The notes under the pieces were generated by a model. That model ran no database searches, was not told where the DNA came from, and saw nothing but the letters and a program-made list of their open reading frames with translations. Source: an uncultured Ruminococcus sp. (GTDB lineage Bacteria > Bacillota > Clostridia > Oscillospirales > CAG-272). From it: a stretch of 64,000 nucleotides of DNA. A program made the translations under genes and the position numbers. This document shows, piece after piece, positions 24,955 to 35,132 of this stretch; within the stretch, counting starts at the first letter, position 1; the number at the start of each line of letters is the position of its first letter. Where the stretch lies: positions 2,608-66,607 of the forward strand of contig CACYYS010000013.1 of the NCBI GenBank assembly GCA_902778725.1, given 5' to 3'.

Positions 24955-26314
24955 CTTCTGCCTCCTTAATGTCAAAGGACGATCTGATCCTCTCTCTCAC
25001 CTCGTCGAGCGAGAGGTTTTTGTCTTTCATGATCTGCGCGGCGACGTTGCCGGCCGCGGTCGCTTCCCCGAGGCCTACCAGGACCTTTTTGCCGGTATAC
25101 CGCGCGGTCAGGGCGTTGAGATACCTGTCCCTGCTGCCGCCGCCGGTGATCAGGATGCGCTCCGGCGTTTTCCCCGTGAGTCTCCCGACGGTCTCCGCGC
25201 ACTCCGCGTACATCGCGGCGAGCGAGTGATAGAGACAGGAAAGCGTATCGGCGAGGGAAAGCTCCTTTTCGCCCGCGAGGCGCCTCACCGCTTCGATCAT
25301 GTTCCCGGGCGCGGACAGGCTCGGGTGGTTCACGTCGATGATCCCGGTATAGCCGCTCTCCATCGCCATGCGCATCATCCCGTCATAGGAATACCGGTTT
25401 CCCGTATCGCGGCGCACGCTCTGGAACAGCCACATCCCCATAATGTTTTTGAGGAAACGGAAGCGGCGCTCCGCCCCGCCCTCGTTGGAAAAGTTTGCCT
25501 TTCTCGCTTCCTCCCCCGTCACGGGGACGGCGCTTTCCACCCCGAAAAGGCTCCACGTCCCCGAGGAAAGGAAGGCGGTCCGCCCGTCGAGAGGGCAGGC
25601 GGCGACGGCGGAGGCGGTATCGTGGGAGGGCGCGCAGACGACCTCCGCGTCAAAGCCGACCCTTGCCGCGATCTCCGGGGCAAACGCTCCCACGCTCTCC
25701 CCGGGAAGGGAAAGCGGAAGGAAGAGAGACCGGTCCAGCCCGGTCTTCTCCAGGATCCCGCCGTCCCAGTCGCCGGTCTTTGCGTTGACCATGGCGGTCG
25801 TGGTGGCGACGGTGTATTCGTTTTTCATCACGCCCGTGAGCCGGTACGCAAGATAATCGGGGATCATCAGAAAATGCTTTGCCCTGCCCGCTTTGCCGCT
25901 TTTTACGTCCAGAAAAAGCTGGTAAACGGTGTTGAACGGCAGGCGCTGGATCCCCGTCCGCGCGTACAGCTCCTCGAACGGGATCGGAAAATCCGTCAGA
26001 GAGTCGAGGCGCGCGTTGCGGTAGGCGTAAACGGGAAAAAGCTCCTTCCCGTTTCCGTCAAGGAGGACGTAATCCACCCCCCACGTATCGATCGCGACGG
26101 TCGCGGGGATCTTCCCGAGCTCCCCGCATCGCGCGATCCCCCGCAGGATCTCCGAGAAAAGCGTCTCCGTGTCCCAGACCAGTCCGTCTCCGCTCTCCCG
26201 CATCCCGTTTTCAAAGCGGTAGATCTCTTCCAGTTCGATCCTGCCGTCCTCATAACTGCCGAGAACGTGCCGGCCCGAGGACGCGCCGACGTCTATGGCT
26301 AAATACCGGGTCAT
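24926..26314 (-). CDS. rhaB: rhamnulokinase (FGGY kinase)
   Basis: N-terminal LAIDVGASSGR, FGGY-family layout, and rhamnose-locus context. Confidence 0.85.
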   Translation of the reverse strand: MTRYLAIDVGASSGRHVLGSYEDGRIELEEIYRFENGMRESGDGLVWDTETLFSEILRGIARCGELGKIPATVAIDTWGVDYVLLDGNGKELFPVYAYRNARLDSLTDFPIPFEELYARTGIQRLPFNTVYQLFLDVKSGKAGRAKHFLMIPDYLAYRLTGVMKNEYTVATTTAMVNAKTGDWDGGILEKTGLDRSLFLPLSLPGESVGAFAPEIAARVGFDAEVVCAPSHDTASAVAACPLDGRTAFLSSGTWSLFGVESAVPVTGEEARKANFSNEGGAERRFRFLKNIMGMWLFQSVRRDTGNRYSYDGMMRMAMESGYTGIIDVNHPSLSAPGNMIEAVRRLAGEKELSLADTLSCLYHSLAAMYAECAETVGRLTGKTPERILITGGGSRDRYLNALTARYTGKKVLVGLGEATAAGNVAAQIMKDKNLSLDEVRERIRSSFDIKEAEDVFLRKRGL

Positions 26315-26343
26315 ATCCGCGTCTCCCTTTGCCGGGCGGCCGC

Positions 26344-29300
26344 TTATCCGGCGGCGGAAGCGTTCGCGCCCGTACAGTAGACCTCAAGCTCTCCGAGCTG
26401 CATCCGGAAGCGGTTGCCGTCCGACGTTTTGCTGTTCAGCGCCGTGCCCTCGAAGCGAACGTAGCGGGCGTCCGCCGCGGCAAAGTCGAAGGTCTGCATC
26501 CTGGTCACGGGCGTCGGATAGTTCTCCTCGCGGCGGACCGCCGTCCAGCTCTCCCCGTCGGTCGAGACGGAGATCGTGAAATCGCGGGGGAAGGCGAGGC
26601 ACTTGTTCCCCTTGCCCGCGCCCGCCGGCATGACCTCTACCCGGTCGATCCGGTAGACCGCGCCGAGATCGACGCACACCGCCTCGCTGTGATCGAACAC
26701 GGTAAGGTCCGTGGAAGTCCAGCCGCAGACCTCGCTGCCGCCCAGGTTCTCCCGGTCCCCGTCCGTCAGTTTGGAGAGGCTCCATTTGGCGTTCTCGAGA
26801 GTGGAGGTGGCTTTGACGGGCCGCCCGAGCGCGAGGTTGCCCCGGGCGTTCTGCGAGATCCCCTTCATCGCGTCCGCGAGGGCGCGGTACGCGCTTTGCA
26901 GTTCTTCTTCCGCCGCGCCGCCGTTTGCCAGCGCCGCTTTCCCCGAAGCGAGGAGCCCGGCGAGCGCCTCTTTCGCCGACGCGCCCGCGTTTTCGGCCCT
27001 GACCGTCTCCGCGCTCGCGATGAGCGCAGCCAGCTCACGCCGGAGCCCGTTTTCCTCGAGACCGGCGAGCGCCGCCTCCAGTTTATCCTTCGCGGCGCAG
27101 ACCGCGAACTGGGTCGCGCCGTCTTCGGCGAGCGTCTCTTCCGCCGCGGACAAAGCGGCGGAAAGCGTCTCCCACGTCTCCCCGGTATAATCCGGCGCCG
27201 CCAGTCCCTTCGCCGTTTCCACGGCGGCGGAAAGCAGCGATTTGTCCGTTCGGAACGCGCCGGCGTCCATCACAAAGGTATATTCTCCCGACAAAACGGT
27301 GAGAACGTCCCCGTTCTCCGTGACGGAGGGATAGGCGGAAACGTCCGCCGGCGCCGGGAGACGGACCGTCGCGGTCGTCCCGACCGGGACCGTGACGTCC
27401 CAGACGAGCTTGCCGTCCTCCGTGAAGCGCCAAAAACTCTTCAGCTCCCCGCGCACGGTTTTGAGCGAATAGTTCACGTAACCGAGCCCGGGATGGATCT
27501 CCGGCTCCAGAACGACCGTTTCAAAGCCGTTTGTGAAATCACGCACCCCCGCAAGGTTTTTACAGAACCAATCGGTATAGGTCCCGAGGAAAAAGTGGTC
27601 TCGCGAGCGGGCGTTCGACTCGTAGGTTTCCCAGCAGGTATCGGCGCCGAGCGTGATCCAGTATCCCCAGGACGGATAGGTGTCCTGCCGGATCAGCGCC
27701 ATGGCAAGGTCCCCGTATCCGTACCGGGAGAGCATCGGGAGAATGTACTTGGTCCCTACCGCGCCGACGTCCAGATGACAGTCTTTTTCCCTGACGTCTC
27801 TGACAACGCTTTCCGCGACGCTCCGTTCGTATTCCGGCGGGCAGAGACCGAACATGAGCGGAACGATATTTGACGTCTGTCGGTATTTTGTTCGTCCGGC
27901 GTCGTAGGTGTCGTTCCAGTAGCCGGTGTCGTAATATCCCTTTTCCTTATCGTAGAATTTTTCGTTGAAGGCGGCGTAGATCTTCTCCATCGCCGCGCGG
28001 TATTCCGCCGCGTCCTCCGGTTTGCCGAGCAGCTCCGCCATCTCCGCCATCTGAGAGAGCGTACGGTACACAAACGCGGTGCCGATGATCCCCGCGCCCT
28101 CCGGCGCGTGGGTCGTCTTGCCGGAGGTATAGAGGCCGGAGGGATTCGGAGAGACCCAGTCGGCGTAACTCGCCGTATGCCACACCCATCCGTTCTGCCG
28201 GATCGTCCGGATATAGTCTAACGTCTGCAGGCGGATGCGGTCATAGTTCTTCCTTACGGCGGTCAGATCCCCGTTCGTCCGGTAGTTCTCATAATACCCG
28301 CTGATAAAGATCGACGACCAGATCGGGATACTGGTCCCGCCGGACGAGGCGGAAGGAGCGATCTGGTTGACCACCCCCTTGGAGGACGCGGTGTCGCCTA
28401 TATCCCGCAGGATCTTCGGGAGCAGACCGGAAAGGTCGAAATGGAAGTTGAGGCTCTCCACGGCGAAGTTGAGGTCGCCCGTCCAGCCGTTCTTCTCATA
28501 CACGGGCGTGTCGGTCAGCTTGCCCTGCATATTGTTCCGGACCGTGCGGAGCATCATCTCGTTCATTTGATTGATCCGGCTGTCGCCCGTTTCAAACTCC
28601 GATACCCGCGGGGCGTCGGTCGCGATCAGATAACACGTCGCGTCCTGAGCCGTAAGCTTTCCTCCGTAACCGTCGATCTGGATGTATTGGTAGCCCTTGT
28701 AGGAATACCTGGGTTCGTATACGTCCTCCCCGCCGCTTGTGATGAACCGGTCCACCTGCAGCAGGTATCCGTTCACCGCCGGGACGACGAAACCCGTGTC
28801 GTCCAGCTTTTCGCCGTATGTGATCGTGATCTCCGTTCCCCGGGGAGCGCAGAACCGGATCCTCGCCCACCCCGCCGTCATCACGGGATTGCGGATCAGA
28901 TAGGTCCCGTTGCCTTTGTCCCGCACCTCGGGCCGGAAGCTTTCCAGACGGCGGACCGGCTCCATATTCTCAAACACGAGCTCGCCCGTCGGCGCCGCCG
29001 CGGGGATCGCGTTTTTCCACCCGCTGTCGTCAAAATCCGCGCCGGTCCAGCCGGGGACCTCCCGTCTCGCGTCGTAATGCTCGCCTTTATAAATATTGTT
29101 GCAGGTGACGGGGCCGTATTCGTACGTCTTCCAGCTTTCGTCCGAGACGACCGTCTCGGACGTCCCGTCCGCGTAATCGATCTGCAGCTCCAAAAGGAGC
29201 TTCGGCTCGTCGCGGTATACGGCGGACGCCCAGTTCATCCAAGTGTAAAAATCGCAGTTGTAGTAATAATTGCCGAGCTCCGCCGCGAGCGCGTTCTTCC

Positions 29301-30516
29301 CCTGCGTCAGAAGCTCTGTCACGTCGTAGACGCGGTAATGCACCGTGTCCTCGTACTGGGTGTGCGCGGGGTTTAAGACCGTGTCGTCCGGCAGTTTGCC
29401 GTTCACGCGCAGCTCGTAGAGCCCCAGCCCCGAAATATAGAGGCGCGCTCTTTTCACTTCCTTTGAGATCTCAAAGGTTTTGCGGAGCATCGGCGCGCCC
29501 GCGCCCACGTTGACCCGCACCGTCTCCGGCAGGACGACGTTCCGGTTCCAGGGCGCGCCGCCGTACGCCACCGCCTGATCGGGCGCGCTCCACGCCGTAT
29601 CGTTATATCCCGGGCGCTCCCAGCCGGAGGTCGCGCCGGGCTCGCCCGAGCATTTCCACGCGCGGTCGGTGACGACGGTCGTCACGCTCCCGTCCTTGTA
29701 GCGCACCTCGATCTTCGCGATGAAGCCTCCGCTCGAGCCCGTGTTGGTCACGCGCGCGCCAAAGACGTTGTCGCCTTTTTTGACGTAAGGGGTGAGGTTG
29801 ACGACCCGGCCGGTCTTCCAGCCGGTCTTTTTTGCGTCTCCTTCAAAGATCCCCGCGGTGTTGAGGAAGAGATAGCCGTAATCGTCCATGGCGGTCGCCA
29901 GCAGGACCTCGTCCACCTCTTTGCTCGCGTCCACGGTAAAGTGCCGGCGGAAGCAGACCGCCCCGGCGGCGGAGGACGCCGTCTTCTCCTTCAGCCAGAT
30001 CCAGTATGCGCCCTCGAGGTCGATATCGCGGGGGACGGCGTCCCCGTCGGTCATCCCGATCCACTCGGCGCTCCAGCCGTCGTTTGTGAAAATGCCGGTC
30101 CCGAAGCGGGAAACGTCGCTCCAGGCGCTCTTTCCGCTCTCGTCCCAGACCTGCACGGCAAAGTAGTAGTCGCTCTTGGGGGCGAGCGCGGGGCCGCCGT
30201 AGAGGATGTCGTAATTCTGGCCGCTTTCCACCACGCCGCTGTCCCACACGTCGCCCTCGTGCGCCTCGGCCTTCTCCTCTGACGCGGCGACGACGATCTG
30301 ATACGCGCTCTGGCTGTGCGCGTACCCCTTCATATGATTCTGCCAGCGGAAAACGGGCGTCGTATCGACGCCGAGCGGGGACGCGAGGTTGTTGACTTTC
30401 AGATCGGCAACGTACATATCCGGTTCCTTTCCTTTCCCGCAGGAGACGGCGCAAAGCGTGACGCAGAGAAGCGCCGCGCCGCACAGCAGCAGGGATAATA
30501 TAAAAGATTTTTTCAT
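26344..30516 (-). CDS. GH78 alpha-L-rhamnosidase, large lipoprotein with C-terminal F5/8 type C (discoidin) domain
   Basis: Lipobox CAVSCG. Rhamnosidase N-terminal signature LASPLGVDTTPVFRWQ. Central six-hairpin catalytic region. C-terminal segment GWTSTD..YRIDRVEVMPA is discoidin-like. Confidence 0.85.
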   Translation of the reverse strand: MKKSFILSLLLCGAALLCVTLCAVSCGKGKEPDMYVADLKVNNLASPLGVDTTPVFRWQNHMKGYAHSQSAYQIVVAASEEKAEAHEGDVWDSGVVESGQNYDILYGGPALAPKSDYYFAVQVWDESGKSAWSDVSRFGTGIFTNDGWSAEWIGMTDGDAVPRDIDLEGAYWIWLKEKTASSAAGAVCFRRHFTVDASKEVDEVLLATAMDDYGYLFLNTAGIFEGDAKKTGWKTGRVVNLTPYVKKGDNVFGARVTNTGSSGGFIAKIEVRYKDGSVTTVVTDRAWKCSGEPGATSGWERPGYNDTAWSAPDQAVAYGGAPWNRNVVLPETVRVNVGAGAPMLRKTFEISKEVKRARLYISGLGLYELRVNGKLPDDTVLNPAHTQYEDTVHYRVYDVTELLTQGKNALAAELGNYYYNCDFYTWMNWASAVYRDEPKLLLELQIDYADGTSETVVSDESWKTYEYGPVTCNNIYKGEHYDARREVPGWTGADFDDSGWKNAIPAAAPTGELVFENMEPVRRLESFRPEVRDKGNGTYLIRNPVMTAGWARIRFCAPRGTEITITYGEKLDDTGFVVPAVNGYLLQVDRFITSGGEDVYEPRYSYKGYQYIQIDGYGGKLTAQDATCYLIATDAPRVSEFETGDSRINQMNEMMLRTVRNNMQGKLTDTPVYEKNGWTGDLNFAVESLNFHFDLSGLLPKILRDIGDTASSKGVVNQIAPSASSGGTSIPIWSSIFISGYYENYRTNGDLTAVRKNYDRIRLQTLDYIRTIRQNGWVWHTASYADWVSPNPSGLYTSGKTTHAPEGAGIIGTAFVYRTLSQMAEMAELLGKPEDAAEYRAAMEKIYAAFNEKFYDKEKGYYDTGYWNDTYDAGRTKYRQTSNIVPLMFGLCPPEYERSVAESVVRDVREKDCHLDVGAVGTKYILPMLSRYGYGDLAMALIRQDTYPSWGYWITLGADTCWETYESNARSRDHFFLGTYTDWFCKNLAGVRDFTNGFETVVLEPEIHPGLGYVNYSLKTVRGELKSFWRFTEDGKLVWDVTVPVGTTATVRLPAPADVSAYPSVTENGDVLTVLSGEYTFVMDAGAFRTDKSLLSAAVETAKGLAAPDYTGETWETLSAALSAAEETLAEDGATQFAVCAAKDKLEAALAGLEENGLRRELAALIASAETVRAENAGASAKEALAGLLASGKAALANGGAAEEELQSAYRALADAMKGISQNARGNLALGRPVKATSTLENAKWSLSKLTDGDRENLGGSEVCGWTSTDLTVFDHSEAVCVDLGAVYRIDRVEVMPAGAGKGNKCLAFPRDFTISVSTDGESWTAVRREENYPTPVTRMQTFDFAAADARYVRFEGTALNSKTSDGNRFRMQLGELEVYCTGANASAAG

Positions 30517-30963
30517 CCGGATCCTCCCGTATTTTTATAGTCCGGCCGGGCGGAGAACGGTCTCCGCGCCGCCGGCAAAGACGGGGCGGGGTTCGACGCC
30601 GCCGACGCGTACCAGTCCACCGCCATCGTGATATCTCCGTCCGAGTCGACGATCGCGGGGATCCCGCAGCGGCGGATCATCGGGATCACCTTTTTGCAGA
30701 ACGGAGCGAAAAACGTTCCGCTGCTGTCATACGGTTCTCCTTCCCCGATCTTTGTTTGCTTCTATTCTATCATACCTTCCGCGCGGTTTCAACAACCTGC
30801 GTTGTCTAAAAAACAACCTTTCTTGCGGGGCGTCAAAAAAATCGCCGCTTTTTTATGCTTTTTGCCGTGCGCAAACGGCCCCCGCCGTTTTGCGTTTTGC
30901 TCCGGACGCGTATTGATTTTCCGGGCGGATTGTGGTAAGATGGGAAAAAAGGAGGAAGGTTCC

Positions 30964-31854
30964 ATGGATCTTTCCGTAAACTCCGGCATGCTTTTCGCGG
31001 ATCTCGGGGTCTCCGCCGCCGCGAAAGCGGCAAAAACCGCCGGTTTCTCCGCCTTTGACTATTTCATCTCCCTCGATGAGAAGGACTCTCCCCTGCACGG
31101 GGAGGACTACCGGAGCGTCGTATCGGAGATCCGCCGCGCGGCGGAAAACGAGGGGATGCGCTTCAATCAGACGCACGCGCCTTTCCGCTTCCCCGTAAAG
31201 CAGTGGGACGAGCCGGGGACCTTCGGCCTCTTTGTCCGGTCCCTTGAGATCACCGCCCTGCTCGGCGCAAAGATCTGCGTGGTCCACCCGCTCCACCACA
31301 TGGAATACCGCGGGCACGAGGAAGAGATCTTTTCCCTCAATATGGACTACTACCGCAAGCTGATCCCCTGCTGCCGGGAATACGGCGTGAGGATCGGCGT
31401 CGAAAATATGTGGCAGAAGCACCGGATCCGGAAAACCATCAGCTTTGATACCTGCTCCACGATCCCGGAATTTATCCGCTATCTCGACACGCTCGACAGC
31501 GAATCCGTCGTCGCCTGTCTCGACGTCGGCCACGTCGTGCTCCCCGACGGACCCGACAGTCCCGCGGACTTCATCCGCGCGCTCGGGCACGACCGGCTGA
31601 AGGCGCTGCACATCCACGACAACGACTACACAAGAGACGCGCACCTCCTGCCCTATCAGGGAAAGCTCGACTGGGAGAGCATCGCCGCCGCGCTCGGCGA
31701 GATCGACTATACCGGCGATTTCACCTACGAGATCGGCGACGTGCCCTTTTCCGTCCCGCGCGAGCTGATCGGCGACGCGCTCCGCTACGCGGGCGCCGTG
31801 GGGCGGTATCTGGTCGGCAAGGTAGAGGAAAACCGCAAAAACGCCCGCGCCTGA
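30964..31854 (+). CDS. sugar phosphate isomerase/epimerase (xylose-isomerase-like TIM barrel)
   Basis: Start at ATG 30964 with a GGAGG RBS 8 nt upstream. Motifs RIGVENM, DVGH and LHIHDN. Confidence 0.75.
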   Translation: MDLSVNSGMLFADLGVSAAAKAAKTAGFSAFDYFISLDEKDSPLHGEDYRSVVSEIRRAAENEGMRFNQTHAPFRFPVKQWDEPGTFGLFVRSLEITALLGAKICVVHPLHHMEYRGHEEEIFSLNMDYYRKLIPCCREYGVRIGVENMWQKHRIRKTISFDTCSTIPEFIRYLDTLDSESVVACLDVGHVVLPDGPDSPADFIRALGHDRLKALHIHDNDYTRDAHLLPYQGKLDWESIAAALGEIDYTGDFTYEIGDVPFSVPRELIGDALRYAGAVGRYLVGKVEENRKNARA

Positions 31855-31930
31855 AAGGCGGGCGGTCAAAAAAACGGACCGCCCGGGCTCGGCAAAACGC
31901 CCGGGCGGTCCGACCGGCAAAGGGGAAGGT

Positions 31931-33028
31931 ATGAAAAAAGTGATCGTGGGACTCTCCGGCGGGGTGGACAGCGCCGCGGCGGCGTACCTGCTCCGGGAGG
32001 CGGGGTACGAGGTGATCGGCGTCACGCTGCGCACCTGGGCCGGCTCAAACGGAGAGGAAAGCCGCTGCTGCGAGATCGACGACGCGCGGGAGACCGCGCG
32101 GATCCTCGGGATCCCCTACCACGTCTTTAACTGCGTTTCCGCGTTTGAGGAAAAGGTGGTCGGGGCGTTTGTCCGGGACTATCTCGGCGGGCTGACGCCG
32201 AACCCCTGCGTGGTATGCAACCGGGAGATCAAATGGGAGAGGCTCCTCCATTTCGCCGCGGTGCTGGGCGCCGACTTTGTCGCCACCGGGCACTACGCCT
32301 CGGTCGTGCGGCTGGAAAACGGCCGGTACACCGTCCGGCAGGCGCTGCACGCCGAAAAGGATCAGACCTATATGCTCTGGCGCCTGACGCAGGAGCAGCT
32401 CGCAAAAACCCTGATGCCGCTCGGCGGGTACGAAAAAAGCGAGGTAAGGGAGATCGCGCGGCGGGCGGGGATCCCCGTCGCCGACAAGCCGGACTCCCAG
32501 GAGATCTGCTTTGTCCCGGACGGCGACTACGCGGCGTTTATCGGGCGCCGGGCGGAAGTCCCTCTCCCCGGGGAGGGCGATTTTGTCGACGCCGCGGGGA
32601 ACGTCCTCGGCCGCCACAAAGGGATCTACCGCTATACCGTCGGGCAGCGCAAGGGGCTCGGGATCGCGCTCGGCCACCCGGCGTACGTAAAGGAGATCCG
32701 CGCGGAGAAGAACGAGGTCGTGCTCGGAGCGGAAAAAGAGACCGCCTGCGCCGGGATCCTCTGCCGGGACCTCTGTTTTATGAGCGTGCCGGAGCCGGAG
32801 ACCGGGGAAACGTTCTCCTGCCGGGTAAAGCCCCGCTACCGCCATCCCGGACAGCCCGCTGCGGTGACCAAACTCGACGGCGGCCGGTGCCGGGTCCTCT
32901 TTGACGCGCCCGTCCGCTCCGCCGCGCCCGGGCAGTCCGCCGTTTTTTACGACGGGGAGGGGCGCCTCGTCGGCGGCGGCGTGATCGAAAAGGTCCTGCC
33001 GGAAAAAGAAACGGCCCAAACGCTCTGA
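31931..33028 (+). CDS. mnmA: tRNA 2-thiouridine(34) synthase
   Basis: PP-loop GLSGGVDSAAAAYLL, CVVCN, and ATGHYA. Confidence 0.9.
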   Translation: MKKVIVGLSGGVDSAAAAYLLREAGYEVIGVTLRTWAGSNGEESRCCEIDDARETARILGIPYHVFNCVSAFEEKVVGAFVRDYLGGLTPNPCVVCNREIKWERLLHFAAVLGADFVATGHYASVVRLENGRYTVRQALHAEKDQTYMLWRLTQEQLAKTLMPLGGYEKSEVREIARRAGIPVADKPDSQEICFVPDGDYAAFIGRRAEVPLPGEGDFVDAAGNVLGRHKGIYRYTVGQRKGLGIALGHPAYVKEIRAEKNEVVLGAEKETACAGILCRDLCFMSVPEPETGETFSCRVKPRYRHPGQPAAVTKLDGGRCRVLFDAPVRSAAPGQSAVFYDGEGRLVGGGVIEKVLPEKETAQTL

Positions 33029-33073
33029 AAAAAACGGCCCGGCGGCGGAAAGCCGCCCGGAGAAAGGACAGAG

Positions 33074-33388
33074 ATGAAAAATGTCAGGATCACCGTCAAG
33101 CGGATCGCCTGCTACCCGGATCTGATCGAAGCGTACGAAAACCCCATCGAGCACGCCTGCTCCATGCGGGAGGGACAGGTCTTCACGGCAAACGGCGGGC
33201 AGCGGCCGGAGGGCTTCTGCGAGAGCGCGTGGGAGACGGTCTCGCCCTTTGTGAGGGCGCTCGCGCACGGGGCGGAAAACTTTTACGACGGATGGATGAA
33301 GGATCCGCGCTCCGCGATGATCTCCTGCAACGACGGCTTCCGTCCCGTCAGCTTCCTCCTGGAGGCGACGGACGGGGACGCGGACTGA
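33074..33388 (+). CDS. TIGR04076-like small protein
   Basis: 104 aa. ACYPDLIEAYENPIEHACSMREGQVF..GFCESAW resembles the TIGR04076 family. Confidence 0.6.
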   Translation: MKNVRITVKRIACYPDLIEAYENPIEHACSMREGQVFTANGGQRPEGFCESAWETVSPFVRALAHGAENFYDGWMKDPRSAMISCNDGFRPVSFLLEATDGDAD

Positions 33389-33402
33389 AAGGAAAAAACC
33401 GG

Positions 33403-34278
33403 ATGAAAGCGATCGAAACGAAGGGACTGACCAAGTATTACGGACGCGCGCGGGGGATCGAGGACCTCGATCTCTGCGTGGAGGAAGGCGAGATCTACGG
33501 CTTCATCGGGCCGAACGGCGCCGGCAAAAGCACCACGATCCGCACCCTGCTCGGGCTGATCCGAAAGACCCGGGGCGAGGCGCGCGTACTCGGCATGGAC
33601 GCCGAAAAGGAAAAGGAAGCGATCCTGCGCGAGGTGGGCTACCTCCCCGCCGAGGCGGCGTTTTACGCCGGGATGCGCGTCGGCGAGGTGCTGGACTTTT
33701 CCGCCAGGCTGCGGAAAAAGGACTGCCGGGAGGAGGCGCGGCGGCTCTGCGAGCGCCTCTCGCTCGATCCCGCCAAAAAGGTCGGGGAGCTCTCCCTCGG
33801 CAACCGGAAAAAGGTGGGCATCGTCGCCGCGCTGCAGCACAGGCCCCGGCTCTATATCCTCGACGAGCCGACAAGCGGGCTCGACCCGCTGATCCAGCGG
33901 GAGTTCTTTTCCCTGCTCCGGGAGCGGAGCGAGGAGGGCGCGACCGTCTTTCTCTCCTCGCACGTCCTCTCCGAGATCGGGCGCCACTGCCGCCGCGCGG
34001 GGATCCTGCGGGACGGCAGACTGATCCGGCAGGACTTTGTGGACAAGCTGACAGGCACGGGCGCCAAGCGCGTGACCCTGCACGGCGCCTCGGCGCTCCC
34101 CGCGCTCCCGGGGATCCGGGACGTGCGGCAGAACGGCGCGGCGATCAGCTTCCTTTACAGCGGACGGGCGGACGCTCTCGTCGCGGCGCTCGCCGGACTC
34201 TCCTTTGACGATATTTCCCTGACCGACCCCGATATCGAGGACGTGTTCCTCCATTATTACGAAAAGGAGGAAAAGTAA
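33403..34278 (+). CDS. ABC transporter ATP-binding protein
   Basis: Walker A GPNGAGKST, signature LSLGNRKKV, Walker B ILDEPTSGLD. Start at ATG 33403. Confidence 0.9.
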   Translation: MKAIETKGLTKYYGRARGIEDLDLCVEEGEIYGFIGPNGAGKSTTIRTLLGLIRKTRGEARVLGMDAEKEKEAILREVGYLPAEAAFYAGMRVGEVLDFSARLRKKDCREEARRLCERLSLDPAKKVGELSLGNRKKVGIVAALQHRPRLYILDEPTSGLDPLIQREFFSLLRERSEEGATVFLSSHVLSEIGRHCRRAGILRDGRLIRQDFVDKLTGTGAKRVTLHGASALPALPGIRDVRQNGAAISFLYSGRADALVAALAGLSFDDISLTDPDIEDVFLHYYEKEEK

Positions 34279-34279
34279 G

Positions 34280-35068
34280 ATGACGCTGTTTTTCCACGAG
34301 ATCCGGCGGGACGCCGCGCGTCTCGCGGTCTGGACCGCGGTGATCTCCGCCCTGCTCCTTGTGAGCGTCGTCATCTATCCGCAGATGACCGCGGAGATGG
34401 CGGAGATGGGCGATCTTTTCTCCGAGATGGGCGCGTTTTCCGCCGCTTTCAATATGGACAAGATCAACTTCGGCGAGTTCTCCGGCTATTTCGCCGTGGA
34501 ATGCGGCAACGTGCTCGGGCTCGGCGGCGCCTTCTTCGCCGCGCTGCTCGGGGTCTCCGCGCTCGCAAAAGAGGAGCGGGACCGCACGGCGGAGTTCCTC
34601 CTCACCCACCCGATCCCGCGCGCCTCGGTCGTCGCGCAGAAGCTGGCCGCCGTCCTCGCCGAGATCCTTTGCCTCAACCTCGCTGTCGCGCTCGTCTCCG
34701 CCGCGGGAAGCGCGGCGATCGGCGAAACGCTCGGCGCCGGGCTCTTTTTCCGGATCTTTCTCGGCTATCTTCTCCTCCAGACGCAGATCGCGTGCGTCCT
34801 CTTCGGCGTTTCCGCCTTTCTCACCGGCGGCGGGCTCGGCCTCGGGCTCGGCGCGGCGTTCGTCCTCTACTTTTTCAACATCCTCGCCAACCTGACCGAC
34901 GGCGCGGCCTTCCTCCGCTATCTCACCCCTTTTTCCTACGCCGACGGCACGGTGATCGTCGCCTCCGGCGGGATCGAGATAAAATACCTCGTCCCCGGGC
35001 TTTTCTTCGCCCTCGCGGGCGTCGCCGCGGCGTTCTTCCGGTACTGCCGCAAGGACATCCGGGCGTAA
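34280..35068 (+). CDS. ABC-2 type transporter permease
   Basis: Six-helix membrane protein starting 2 nt after the ATPase gene stop. Confidence 0.8.
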   Translation: MTLFFHEIRRDAARLAVWTAVISALLLVSVVIYPQMTAEMAEMGDLFSEMGAFSAAFNMDKINFGEFSGYFAVECGNVLGLGGAFFAALLGVSALAKEERDRTAEFLLTHPIPRASVVAQKLAAVLAEILCLNLAVALVSAAGSAAIGETLGAGLFFRIFLGYLLLQTQIACVLFGVSAFLTGGGLGLGLGAAFVLYFFNILANLTDGAAFLRYLTPFSYADGTVIVASGGIEIKYLVPGLFFALAGVAAAFFRYCRKDIRA

Positions 35069-35071
35069 CGG

Positions 35072-35111
35072 AAAAAAGCGCCGCCTTTCGCGCGAAAGGC
35101 GGCGCTTTTTG
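35072..35111. terminator. bidirectional Rho-independent terminator
   Basis: A6, then the hairpin gcgccgccttt-cgcgcg-aaaggcggcgc, then T5, between convergent genes. Confidence 0.85.
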
Positions 35112-35132
35112 TTTCCGCAATACCGGAGTCGG

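Noticed and set aside
30530-30740. Possible relic of a uroporphyrinogen-decarboxylase-like (URO-D/MtaA-type) gene on the minus strand (..FFAPFCKKVIPMIRRCGIPAIVDSDGDITMAVDWY..)
   Set aside because: Only about 50 codons resemble that family. There is no start or end context and I cannot verify the match without a search.
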